DNA from: the human T2T-CHM13v2.0 reference genome, Homo sapiens
Direction: 5' to 3' (one strand)
DNA length: 64,000 nt
Assembly: GCF_009914755.1 (NCBI RefSeq)
Contig: NC_060943.1
Position 1 is the first letter of the stretch. Every line of letters starts with the position of its first letter. Both the position numbers and the translations under genes were made by a program. This document shows positions 25,545 to 38,900 of this stretch, piece by piece. Under the pieces are notes generated by a model. The model ran no database searches. It was not told the DNA's origin and was given only the letters and a program-made list of their open reading frames with translations.

Positions 25545-26180
25545 CAGTTTAACCTTTCTTTTCATAGAGCAGTTAGGAAACACTCTGTTTGTAAAGTCTG
25601 CAAGTGGATATTCAGACCTCCTTGAGGCCTTCGTTGGAAACGGGATTTCTTCATATTATGCTAGACAGAAGAATTCTCAGTAACTTCCTTGTGTTGTGTG
25701 TATTCAACTCACAGAGTTGAACGATCCTTTACACAGAGCAGACTTGAAACACTCTTTTTGTGGAATTTGCAAGTGGAGATTTCAGCCGCTTTGAGTTCAA
25801 TGGTAGAATAGGAAATATCTTCCTATAGAAACTAGACAGAATGATTCTCAGAAACTCCTTTGTGATGTGTGCGTTCAACTCACAGAGTTCAACCTTTCTT
25901 TTCATAGAGCAGTTGGGAAACACTCTGTTTGTAAAGTCTGCAAGTGGATATTCAGACTTCTTTGAGGCCTTCGTTGGAAGCGGGATTTCTTCATGTTCTG
26001 CTAGACAGTAGAATTCTCAGTAACTTCCTTGTGTTGTGTGTATTCAACTCAGAGAGTTGAACGATCCTTTACACAGAGCAGACTTGAAACACTCTTTTTG
26101 TGGAATTTGCAAGTGGAGATTTCAGCCGCTTTGAGGTCAATGGTAGAATAGGAAATATCTTCCTATAGAAACTAGACAGA

Positions 26181-28900
26181 ATGATTCTCAGAAACTCCTT
26201 TGTGATGTGTGCGTTCAACTCACAGAGTTTAACCTTTCTTTTCATAGAGCAGTTAGGAAACACTCTGTTTGTAAAGTCTGCAAGTGGATATTCAGACATC
26301 CTTGAGGCTTTCGTTGGAAACGGGATTTCTTCATATTCTGCTAGAAAGAAGAATTCTCAGTAACTTCCTTGTGTTGTGTGTATTCAACTCACAGAGTTGA
26401 ACGATCCTTTACACAGAGCAGACTTGAAACACTCTTTTTGTGGAATTTGCAAGTGGAGATTTCAGCCGCTTTGAGGTCAATGGTAGAATAGGAAATATCT
26501 TCCTATAGAAACTAGACAGAATGATTCTCAGAAACTCCTTTGTGATGTGTGCGTTCAACTCACAGAGTTTAACCTTTCTTTTCATAGCGCAGTTGGGAAA
26601 CACTCTGTTTGTAAAGTCTGCAAGTGGATATTCAGACATCCTTGAGGCTTTCGTTGGAAACGGGATTTCTTCATATTCTGCTAGAAAGAAGAATTCTCAG
26701 TAACTTCCTTGTGTTGTGTGTATTCAACTCACAGAGTTGAACGATCCTTTACACAGAGCAGACTTGAAACACTCTTTTTGTGGAATTTGCAAGTGGAGAT
26801 TTCAGCCGCTTTGAGGTCAATGGTAGAATAGGAAATATCTTCCTATAGAAACTAGACAGAATGATTCTCAGAAACTCCTTTGTGATGTGTGCGTTCAACT
26901 CACAGAGTTTAACCTTTCTTTTCATAGAGCAGTTGGGAAACACTCTGTTTTTAAAGTCTGCAAGTGGATATTCAGACATCCTTGAGACTTTCGTTGGAAA
27001 CGGGATTTCTTCATATTCTGCTAGAAGGAAGAATTCTCAGTAACTTCCTTGTGTTGTGTGTATTCAACTCACAGAGTTGAACGATCCTTTACACAGAGCA
27101 GACTTGAAACACTCTTTTTGCGGAATTTGCAAGTGGAGATTTCAGCCGCTTTGAGGTCAATGGTAGAATAGGAAATATCTTCCTATAGAAACTAGACAGA
27201 ATGATTCTCAGAAACTCCTTTGTGATGTGTGCGTTCAACTCACACAGTTTAACCTTTCTTTTCATAGAGCAGTTGGGAAACACTCTGTTTGTAAAGTCTG
27301 CAAGTGGATATTCAGACCTCCTTGCGGCCTTCGTTGGAAACGGGATTTCTTCATATTATGCTAGACAGAAGAATTCTCAGTAACTTCCTTGTGTTGTGTG
27401 TATTCAACTCACGGAGTTGAACGATCCTTTACACAGAGCAGACTTGAAACACTCTTTTTGTGGAATTTGCAAGTGGAGATTTCAGCCGCTTTGAAGTCAA
27501 TGGTAGAATAGGAAATATCTTCCTATAGAAACTAGACAGAATGATTCTCAGAAACTCCTTTGTGATGTGTGCGATCAACTCACACAGTTTAACCTTTCTT
27601 TTCATAGAGCAGTTAGGAAACACTCTGTTTGTAAAGTCTGCAAGTGGATATTCAGACATCCTTGAGGCTTTCGTTGGAAACGGGATTTCTTCATATTCTG
27701 CTAGAAAGAAGAATTCTCAGTAACTTCCTTGTGTTGTGTGTATTCAACTCACAGAGTTGAACGATCCTTTACACAGAGCAGACTTGAAACACTCTTTTTG
27801 TGGAATTTGCAAGTGGAGATTTCAGCCGCTTTGAGGTCAATGGTAGAATAGGAAATATCTTCCTATAGAAACTAGACAGAATGATTCTCAGAAACTCCTT
27901 TGTGATGTGTGCGTTCAACTCACAGAGTTTAACCTTTCTTTTCACAGCGCAGTTGGGAAACACTCTGTTTGTAAAGTCTGCAAGTGGATATTCAGACATC
28001 CTTGAGGCTTTCGTTGGAAACGGGATTTCTTCATATTCTGCTAGAAAGAAGAATTCTCAGTAACTTCCTTGTGTTGTGTGTATTCAACTCACAGAGTTGA
28101 GCGATCCTTTACACAGAGCAGACTTGAAACACTCTTTTTGTGGAATTTGCAAGTGGAGATTTCAGCCGCTTTGAGGTCAATGGTAGAATAGGAAATATCT
28201 TCCTATAGAAACTAGACAGAATGATTCTCAGAAACTCCTTTGTGATGTGTGCGTTCAACTCACAGAGTTTAACCTTTCTTTTCATAGAGCAGTTGGGAAA
28301 CACTCTGTTTGTAAAGTCTGCAAGTGGATATTCAGACATCCTTGAGACTTTCGTTGGAAACGGGATTTCTTCATATTCTGCTAGAAGGAAGAATTCTCAG
28401 TAACTTCCTTGTGTTGTGTGTATTCAACTCACAGAGTTGAACGATCCTTTACACAGAGCAGACTTGAAACACTCTTTTTGCGGAATTTGCAAGTGGAGAT
28501 TTCAGCCGCTTTGAGGTCAATGGTAGAATAGGAAATATCTTCCTATAGAAACTAGACAGAATGATTCTCAGAAACTCCTTTGTGATGTGTGCGTTCAACT
28601 CACACAGTTTAACCTTTCTTTTCATAGAGCAGTTGGGAAACACTCTGTTTGTAAAGTCTGCAAGTGGATATTCAGACCTCCTTGCGGCCTTCGTTGGAAA
28701 CGGGATTTCTTCATATTATGCTAGACAGAAGAATTCTCAGTAACTTCCTTGTGTTGTGTGTATTCAACTCACGGAGTTGAACGATCCTTTACACAGAGCA
28801 GACTTGAAACACTCTTTTTGTGGAATTTGCAAGTGGAGATTTCAGCCGCTTTGAAGTCAATGGTAGAATAGGAAATATCTTCCTATAGAAACTAGACAGA
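26181..28900 (+). repeat. Tandem duplication of a 1,360-bp (4-dimer) block
   Basis: Private variants at +1360: 26987/28347 (GAGACT), 27121/28481 (CGGAAT), 27325/28685 (TTGCGG), 27413/28773 (ACGGAG), 27495/28855 (GAAGTC). Outer boundaries are approximate. Confidence 0.88.
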
Positions 28901-29920
28901 ATGATTCTCAGAAACTCCTTTGTGATGTGTGCGTTCAACTCACACAGTTTAACCTTTCTTTTCATAGAGCAGTTAGGAAACACTCTGTTTGTAAAGTCTG
29001 CAAGTGGATATTCAGACCTCCTTGAGGCCTTCGTTGGAAACGGGATTTCTTCATATTCTGCTAGAAAGAAGAATTCTCAGTAACTTCCTTGTGTTGTGTG
29101 AATTCAACTCACAGAGTTGAACGATCCTTTACACAGAGCAGACTTGAAACACTCTTTTTGTGGAATTTGCAAGTGGAGATTTCAGCCGCTTTGAGGTCAA
29201 TGGTAGAATAGGAAATATCTTCCTATAGAAACTAGACAGAATGATTCTCAGAAACTCCTTTGTGATGTGTGCGTTCAACTCACAGAGTTTAACCTTTCTT
29301 TTCATAGAGCAGTTAGGAAACACTCTGTTTGTAAAGTCTACAAGTGGATATTCAGACATCCTTGAGGCTTTCGTTGGAAACGGGATTTCTTCATATTCTG
29401 CTAGAAAGAAGAATTCTCAGTAACTTCCTTGTGTTGTGTGTATTCAACTCACAGAGTTGAACGATCCTTTACACAGAGCAGACTTGAAACACTCTTTTTG
29501 TGGAATTTGCAAGTGGAGATTTCAGCCGCTTTGAGGTCAATGGTAGAATAGGAAATATCTTCCTATAGAAACTAGACAGAATGATTCTCAGAAACTCCTT
29601 TGTGATGTGTGCGTTCAACTCACAGAGTTTACCCTTTCTTTTCATAGAGCAGTTGGGAAACACTCTGTTTGTAAAGTCTGCAAGTGGATATTCAGACATC
29701 CTTGAGGCTTTCGTTGGAAACGGGATTTCTTCATATTCTGCTAGAAAGAAGAATTCTCAGTAACTTCCTTGTGTTGTGTGTATTCAACTCACAGAGTTGA
29801 ACGATCCTTTACACAGAGCAGACTTGAAACACTCTTTTTGTGGAATTTGCAAGTGGAGATTTCAGCCGCTTTGAGTTCAATGGTAGAATAGGAAATATCT
29901 TCCTATAGAAACTAGACAGA

Positions 29921-32900
29921 ATGATTCTCAGAAACTCCTTTGTGATGTGTGCGTTCAACTCACAGAGTTCAACCTTTCTTTTCATAGAGCAGTTGGGAAA
30001 CACTCTGTTTGTAAAGTCTGCAAGTGGATATTCAGACTTCTTTGAGGCCTTCGTTGGAAGCGGGATTTCTTCATATTCTGCTAGACAGAAGAATTCTCAG
30101 TAACTGCCTTGTGTTGTGTGTATTCAACTCACAGAGTTGAACGATCCTTTACACAGAGCAGACTTGAAACACTCTTTTTGTGGAATTTGCAAGTGGAGAT
30201 TTCAGCCGCTTTGAGGTCAATGGTAGAATAGGAAATATCTTCCTATAGAAACTAGACAGAATGATTCTCAGAAACTCCTTTGTGATGTGTGCGTTCAACT
30301 CACAGAGTTTACCCTTTCTTTTCATAGAGCAGTTAGGAAACACTCTGTTTGTAAAGTCTGCAAGTGGATATTCAGACATCCTTGAGGCTTTCGTTGGAAA
30401 CGGGATTTCTTCATATTCTGCTAGAAAGAAGAATTCTCAGTAACTTCCTTGTGTTGTGTGTATTCAACTCACAGAGTTGAACGATCCTTTACACAGAGCA
30501 GACTTGAAACACTCTTTTTGTGGAATTTGCAAGTGGAGATTTCAGCCGCTTTGAGGTCAATGGTAGAATAGGAAATATCTTCCTATAGAAACTAGACAGA
30601 ATGATTCTCAGAAACTCCTTTGTGATGTGTGCGTTCAACTCACAGAGTTCAACCTTTCTTTTCATAGAGCAGTTGGGAAACACTCTGTTTGTAAAGTCTG
30701 CAAGTGGATATTCAGACTTCTTTGAGGCCTTCGTTGGAAGCGGGATTTCTTCATGTTCTGCTAGACAGAAGAATTCTCAGTAACTGCCTTGTGTTGTGTG
30801 TATTCAACTCACAGAGTTGAACGATCCTTTACACAGAGCAGACTTGAAACACTCCTTTTGTGGAATTTGCAAGTTGAGATTTCAGCCGCTTTGAGGTCAA
30901 TGGTAGAATAGGAAATATCTTCCTATAGAAAGTAGACAGAATGATTCTCAGAAACTCCTTTGTGATGTGTGCGTTCAACTCACAGAGTTTAACCTTTCTT
31001 TTCATAGAGCAGTTAGGAAACACTCTGTTTGTAAAGTCTGCAAGTGGATATTCAGACATCCTTGAGGCTTTCGTTGGAAACGGGATTTCTTCATATTCTG
31101 CTAGAAAGAAGAATTCTCAGTAACTTCCTTGTGTTGTGTGTATTCAACTCACAGAGTTGAACGATCCTTTACACAGAGCAGACTTGAAACACTCTTTTTG
31201 TGGAATTTGCAAGTGGAGATTTCAGCCGCTTTGAGGTCAATGGTAGTATAGGAAATATCTTCCTATAGAAACTAGACAGAATGATTCTCAGAAACTCCTT
31301 TGTGATGTGTGCGTTCAACTCACAGAGTTTAACCTTTCTTTTCATAGAGCAGTTAGGAAACACTCTGTTTGTAAAGTCTGCAAGTGGATATTCAGACATC
31401 CTTGAGGCTTTCGTTGGAAACGGGATTTCTTCATATTCTGCTAGAAAGAAGAATTCTCAGTAACTTCCTTGTGTTGTGTGTATTCAACTCACAGAGTTGA
31501 ACGATCCTTTACACAGAGCAGACTTGAAACACTCTTTTTGTGGAATTTGCAAGTGGAGATTTCAGCCGCTTTGAGGTCAATGGTAGAATAGGAAATATCT
31601 TCCTATAGAAAGTAGACAGAATGATTCTCAGAAACTCCTTTGTGATGTGTGCGTTCAACTCACAGAGTTTAACCTTTCTTTTCATAGAGCAGTTGGGAAA
31701 CACTCTGTTTGTAAAGTCTGCAAGTGGATATTCAGACATCCTTGAGGCTTTCGTTGTAAACGGGATTTCTTCATATTCTGCTAGAAAGAAGAATTCTCAG
31801 TAACTTCCTTGTGTTGTGTGTATTCAACTCACAGAGTTGAACGATCCTTTACACAGAGCAGACTTGAAACACTCTTTTTGTGGAATTTGCAAGTGGAGAT
31901 TTCAGCCGCTTTGAGTTCAATGGTAGAATAGGAAATATCTTCCTATAGAAACTAGACAGAATGATTCTCAGAAACTCCTTTGTGATGTGTGCGTTCAACT
32001 CACAGAGTTTAACCTCTCTTTTCATAGAGCAGTTGGGAAACACTCTGTTTGTAAAGTCTGCAAGTGGATATTCAGACTTCTTTGAGGCCTTCGTTGGAAG
32101 CGGGATTTCTTCATGTTCTGCTAGACAGAAGAATTCTCAGAAACTTCCTTGTGTTGTGTGTTTTCAACTCACAGAGTTGAACGATCCTTTACACAGAGCA
32201 GACTTGAAACACTCCTTTTGTGGAATTTGCACGTGGAGATTTCAGCCGCTTTGAGGTCAATGGTAGAATAGGAAATATCTTCCTATAGAAAGTAGACAGA
32301 ATGATTCTCAGAAACTCCTTTGTGATGTGTGCGTTCAACTCACAGAGTTTAACCTTTCTTTTCATAGAGCAGTTAGGAAACACTCTGTTTGTAAAGTCTG
32401 CAAGTGGATATTCAGACCTCCTTGAGGCCTTCGTTGGAAACGGGATTTCTTCATATTATGCTAGACAGAAGAATTCTCAGTAACTTCCTTGTGTTGTGTG
32501 TATTCAACTCACAGAGTTGAACGATCCTTTACACAGAGCAGACTTGAAACACTCTTTTTGTGGAATTTGCAAGTGGAGATTTCAGCCGCTTTGAGTTCAA
32601 TGGTAGAATAGGAAATATCTTCCTATAGAAACTAGACAGAATGATTCTCAGAAACTCCTTTGTGATGTGTGCGTTCAACTCACAGAGTTCAACCTTTCTT
32701 TTCATAGAGCAGTTGGGAAACACTCTGTTTGTAAAGTCTGCAAGTGGATATTCAGACTTCTTTGAGGCCTTCGTTGGAAGCGGGATTTCTTCATATTCTG
32801 CTAGACAGAAGAATTCTCGGTAACTTCCTTGTGTTGTGTGTATTCAACTCACAGAGTTGAAAGATCCTTTACACAGAGCAGACTTGAAACACTCTTTTTG

Positions 32901-35900
32901 TGGAATTTGCATGTGGAGATTTCAGCCGCTTTGAGGTCAATGGTAGAATTGGAAATATCTTCCTATAGAAACTAGACAGAATGATTCTCAGAAACTCCTT
33001 TGTGATGTGTGCGTTCAACTCACAGAGTTTAACCTTTCTTTTCATAGAGCAGTTAGGAAACACTCTGTTTGTAAAGTCTGCAAGTGGATATTCAGACCTC
33101 CTTGAGGCCTTCGTTGGAAACGGGATTTCTTCATATTATGCTAGACAGAAGAATTCTCAGTAACTTCCTTGTGTTGTGTGTATTCAACTCACAGAGTTGA
33201 ACGATCCTTTACACAGAGCAGACTTGAAACACTCTTTTTGTGGAATTTGCAAGTGGAGATTTCAGCCGCTTTGAGGTCAATGGTAGAATAGGAAATATCT
33301 TCCTATAGAAACTAGACAGAATGATTCTCAGAAACTCCTTTGTGATGTGTGCGTTCAACTCACAGAGTTCAACCTTTCTTTTCATAGAGCAGTTGGGAAA
33401 CACTCTGTTTGTAAAGTCTGCAAGTGGATATTCAGACTTCTTTGAGGCCTTCGTTGGAAGCGGGATTTCTTCATATTCTGCTAGACAGAAGAATTCTCAG
33501 TAACTGCCTTGTGTTGTGTGTATTCAACTCACAGAGTTGAACGATCCTTTACACAGAGCAGACTTGAAACACTCTTTTTGTGGAATTTGCAAGTGGAGAT
33601 TTCAGCCGCTTTGAGGTCAATGGTAGAATAGGAAATATCTTCCTATAGAAACTAGACAGAATGATTCTCAGAAACTCCTTTGTGATGTGTGCGTTCAACT
33701 CACAGAGTTTACCCTTTCTTTTCATAGAGCAGTTAGGAAACACTCTGTTTGTAATGTCTGCAAGTGGATATTCAGACATCCTTGAGGCTTTCGTTGGAAA
33801 CGGGATTTCTTCATATTCTGCCAGAAAGAAGAATTCTCAGTAACTTCCTTGTGTTGTGTGTATTCAACTCACAGAGTTGAACGATCCTTTACACAGAGCA
33901 GACTTGAAACACTCTTTTTGTGGAATTTGCAAGTGGAGATTTCAGCCGCTTTGAGTTCAATGGTAGAATAGGAAATATCTTCCTATAGAAACTAGACAGA
34001 ATGATTCTCAGAAACTCCTTTGTGATGTGTGCGTTCAACTCACAGAGTTCAACCTTTCTTTTCATAGAGCAGTTGGGAAACACTCTGTTTGTAAAGTCTG
34101 CAAGTGGATATTCAGACTTCTTTGAGGCCTTCGTTGGAAGCGGGATTTCTTCATGTTCTGCTAGACAGAAGAATTCTCAGAAACTTCCTTGTGTTGTGTG
34201 TTTTCAACTCACAGAGTTGAACGATCCTTTACACAGAGCAGACTTGAAACACTCCTTTTGTGGAATTTGCAAGTGGAGATTTCAGCCGCTTTGAGGTCAA
34301 TGGTAGAATAGGAAATATCTTCCTATAGAAAGTAGACAGAATGATTCTCAGAAACTCCTTTGTGATGTGTGCGTTCAACTCACAGAGTTTAACCTTTCTT
34401 TTCATAGAGCAGTTAGGAAACACTCTGTTTGTAAAGTCTGCAAGTGGATATTCAGACCTCCTTGAGGCCTTCGTTGGAAACGGGATTTCTTCATATTATG
34501 CTAGACAGAAGAATTCTCAGTAACTTCCTTGTGTTGTGTGTATTCAACTCACAGAGTTGAACGATCCTTTACACAGAGCAGACTTGAAACACTCTTTTTG
34601 TGGAATTTGCAAGTGGAGATTTCAGCCGCTTTGAGTTCAATGGTAGAATAGGAAATATCTTCCTATAGAAACTAGACAGAATGATTCTCAGAAACTCCTT
34701 TGTGATGTGTGCGTTCAACTCACAGAGTTCAACCTTTCTTTTCATAGAGCAGTTGGGAAACACTCTGTTTGTAAAGTCTGCAAGTGGATATTCAGACTTC
34801 TTTGAGGCCTTCGTTGGAAGCGGGATTTCTTCATATTCTGCTAGACAGAAGAATTCTCAGTAACTGCCTTGTGTTGTGTGTATTCAACTCACAGAGTTGA
34901 ACGATCCTTTACACAGAGCAGACTTGAAACACTCTTTTTGTGGAATTTGCAAGTGGAGATTTCAGCCGCTTTGAGGTCAATGGTAGAATAGGAAATATCT
35001 TCCTATAGAAACTAGACAGAATGATTCTCAGAAACTCCTTTGTGATGTGTGCGTTCAACTCACAGAGTTTAACCTTTCTTTTCATAGAGCAGTTAGGAAA
35101 TACTCTGTTTGTAAAGTCTGCAAGTGGATATTCAGACCTCCTTGAGGCCTTCGTTGGAAACGGGATTTCTTCATATTATGCTAGACAGAAGAATTCTCAG
35201 TAACTTCCTTGTGTTGTGTGTATTCAACTCACAGAGTTGAACGATCCTTTACACAGAGCAGACTTGAAACACTCTTTTTGTGGAATTTGCAAGTGGAGAT
35301 TTCAGCCGCTTTGAGGTCAATGGTAGAATAGGAAATATCTTCCTATAGAAACTAGACAGAATGATTCTCAGAAACTCCTTTGTGATGTGTGCGTTCAACT
35401 CACAGAGTTCAACCTTTCTTTTCATAGAGCAGTTGGGAAACACTCTGTTTGTAAAGTCTGCAAGTGGACATTCAGACTTCTTTGAGGCCTTCGTTGGAAG
35501 CGGGATTTCTTCATATTCTGCTAGACAGAAGAATTCTCAGTAACTGCCTTGTGTTGTGTGTATTCAACTCACAGAGTTGAACGATCCTTTACACAGAGCA
35601 GACTTGAAACACTCTTTTTGTGGAATTTGCAAGTGGAGATTTCAGCCGCTTTGAGGTCAATGGTAGAATAGGAAATATCTTCCTATAGAAACTAGACAGA
35701 ATGATTCTCAGAAACTCCTTTGTGATGTGTGCGTTCAACTCACAGAGTTTACCCTTTCTTTTCATAGAGCAGTTAGGAAACACTCTGTTTGTAAAGTCTG
35801 CAAGTGGATATTCAGACATCCTTGAGGCATTCGTTGGAAACGGGATTTCTTCATATTCTGCCAGAAAGAAGAATTCTCAGTAACTTCCTTGTGTTGTGTG

Positions 35901-38900
35901 TATTCAACTCACAGAGTTGAACGATCCTTTACACAGAGCAGACTTGAAACACTCTTTTTGTGGAATTTGCAAGTGGAGATTTCAGCCGCTTTGAGGTCAA
36001 TGGTAGAATAGGAAATATCTTCCTATAGAAACTAGACAGAATGATTCTCAGAAACTCCTTTGTGATGCGTGCGTTCAACTCACAGAGTTTAACCTTTCTT
36101 TTCATAGAGCAGTTAGGAAACACTCTGTTTGTAAAGTCTGCAAGTGGATATTCAGACATCCTTGAGGCTTTCGTTGGAAACGGGATTTCTTCATATTCTG
36201 CTAGAAAGAAGAATTCTCAGTAACTTCCTTGTGTTGTGTGTATTCAACTCACAGAGTTGAACGATCCTTTACACAGAGCAGACTTGAAACACTCTTTTTG
36301 TGGAATTTGCAAGTGGAGATTTCAGCCGCTTTGAGGTCAATGGTAGAATAGGAAATATCTTCCTATAGAAACTAGACAGAATGATTCTCAGAAACTCCTT
36401 TGTGATGTGTGCGTTCAACTCACAGAGTTTAACCTTTCTTTTCATAGAGCAGTTGGGAAACACTCTGTTTGTAAAGTCTGCAAGTGGATATTCAGACATC
36501 CTTGAGGCTTTCATTGGAAACGGGATTTCTTCATATTCTGCTAGAAAGAAGAATTCTCAGTAACTTCCTTGTGTTGTGTGTATTCAACTCACAGAGTTGA
36601 ACGATCCTTTACACAGAGCAGACTTGAAACACTCTTTTTGTGGAATTTGCAAGTGGAGATTTCAGCCGCTTTGAGGTCAATGGTAGAATAGGAAATATCT
36701 TCCTATAGAAACTAGACAGAATGATTCTCAGAAACTCCTTTGTGATGTGTGCGTTCAACTCACACAGTTTAACCTTTCTTTTCATAGAGCAGTTAGGAAA
36801 CACTCTGTTTGTAAAGTCTGCAAGTGGATATTCAGACCTCCTTGAGGCCTTCGTTGGAAACGGGATTTCTTCATATTATGCTAGACAGAAGAATTCTCAG
36901 GAACTTCCTTGTGTTGTGTGTATTCAACTCACAGAGTTGAACGATCCTTTACACAGAGCAGACTTGAAACACTCTTTTTGTGGAATTTGCAAGTGGAGAT
37001 TTCAGCCGCTTTGAGTTCAATGGTAGAATAGGAAATATCTTCCTATAGAAAGTACACAGAATGATTCTCAGAAACTGCTTTGTGATGTGTGCGTTCAACT
37101 CACAGAGTTCAACCTTTCTTTTCATAGAGCAGTTGGGAAACACTCTGTTTGTAAAGTCTGCAAGTGGATATTCAGACTTCTTTGAGGCCTTCGTTGGAAG
37201 CGGGATTTCTTCATATTCTGCTAGACAGAAGAATTCTCAGTAACTTCCTTGTGTTGTGTGTATTCAACTCACAGAGTTGAACGATCCTTTACACAGAGCA
37301 GACTTGAAACACTCTTTTTGTGGAATTTGCAAGTGGAGATTTCAGCCGCTTTGAGGTCAATGGTAGAATAGGAAATATCTTCCTATAGAAACTAGACAGA
37401 ATGATTCTCAGAAACTCCTTTGTGATGTGTGCGTTCAACTCACAGAGTTCAACCTTTCTTTTCATAGAGCAGTTGGGAAACACTCTGTTTGTAAAGTCTG
37501 CAAGTGGATATTCAGACTTCTTTGAGGCCTTCGTTGGAAGCGGGATTTCTTCATGTTCTGCTAGACAGAAGAATTCTCAGAAACTTCCTTGTGTTGTGTG
37601 TATTCAACTCACAGAGTTGAACGATCCTTTACACAGAGCAGACTTGAAACACTCTTTTTGTGGAATTTGCAAGTGGAGATTTCAGCCGCTTTGAGGTCAA
37701 TGGTAGAATAGGAAATATCTTCCTATAGAAACTAGACAGAATGATTCTCAGAAACTCCTTTGTGATGTGTGCGTTCAACTCACACAGTTTAACCTTTCTT
37801 TTCATAGAGCAGTTAGGAAACACTCTGTTTGTAAAGTCTGCAAGTGGATATTCAGACCTCCTTGAGGCCTTCGTTGGAAACGGGATTTCTTCATATTATG
37901 CTAGACAGAAGAATTCTCAGTAACTGCCTTGTGTTGTGTGTATTCAACTCACAGAGTTGAACGATCCTTTACACAGAGCAGACTTGAAACACTCTTTTTG
38001 TGGAATTTGCAAGTGGAGATTTCAGCCGCTTTGAGGTCAATGGTAGAATAGGAAATATCTTCCTATAGAAACTAGACAGAATGATTCTCAGAAACTCCTT
38101 TGTGATGTGTGCGTTCAACTCACAGAGTTTACCCTTTCTTTTCATAGAGCAGTTAGGAAACACTCTGTTTGTAAAGTCTGCAAGTGGATATTCAGACATC
38201 CTTGAGGCTTTCGTTGGAAACGGGATTTCTTCATATTCTGCCAGAAAGAAGAATTCTCAGTAACTTCCTTGTGTTGTGTGTATTCAACTCACAGAGTTGA
38301 ACGATCCTTTACACAGAGCAGACTTGAAACACTCTTTTTGTGGAATTTGCAAGTGGAGATTTCAGCCGCTTTGAGGTCAATGGTAGAATAGGAAATATCT
38401 TCCTATAGAAACTAGACAGAATGATTCTCAGAAACTCCTTTGTGATGTGTGCGTTCAACTCACACAGTTTAACCTTTCTTTTTATAGAGCAGTTAGGAAA
38501 CACTCTGTTTGTAAAGTCTGCAAGTGGATATTCAGACATCCTTGAGGCTTTCGTTGGAAACGGGATTTCTTCATATTCTGCTAGAAAGAAGAATTCTCAG
38601 TAACTTCCTTGTGTTGTGTGTATTCAACTCACAGAGTTGAACGATCCTTTACACAGAGCAGACTTGAAACACTCTTTTTGTGGAATTTGCAAGTGGAGAT
38701 TTCAGCCGCTTTGAGGTCAATGGTAGAATAGGAAATATCTTCCTATAGAAACTAGACAGAATGATTCTCAGAAACTCCTTTGTGATGTGTGCGTTCAACT
38801 CACACAGTTTAACCTTTCTTTTCATAGAGCAGTTAGGAAACACTCTGTTTGTAAAGTCTGCAAGTGGATATTCAGACCTCCTTGAGGCCTTCGTTGGAAA

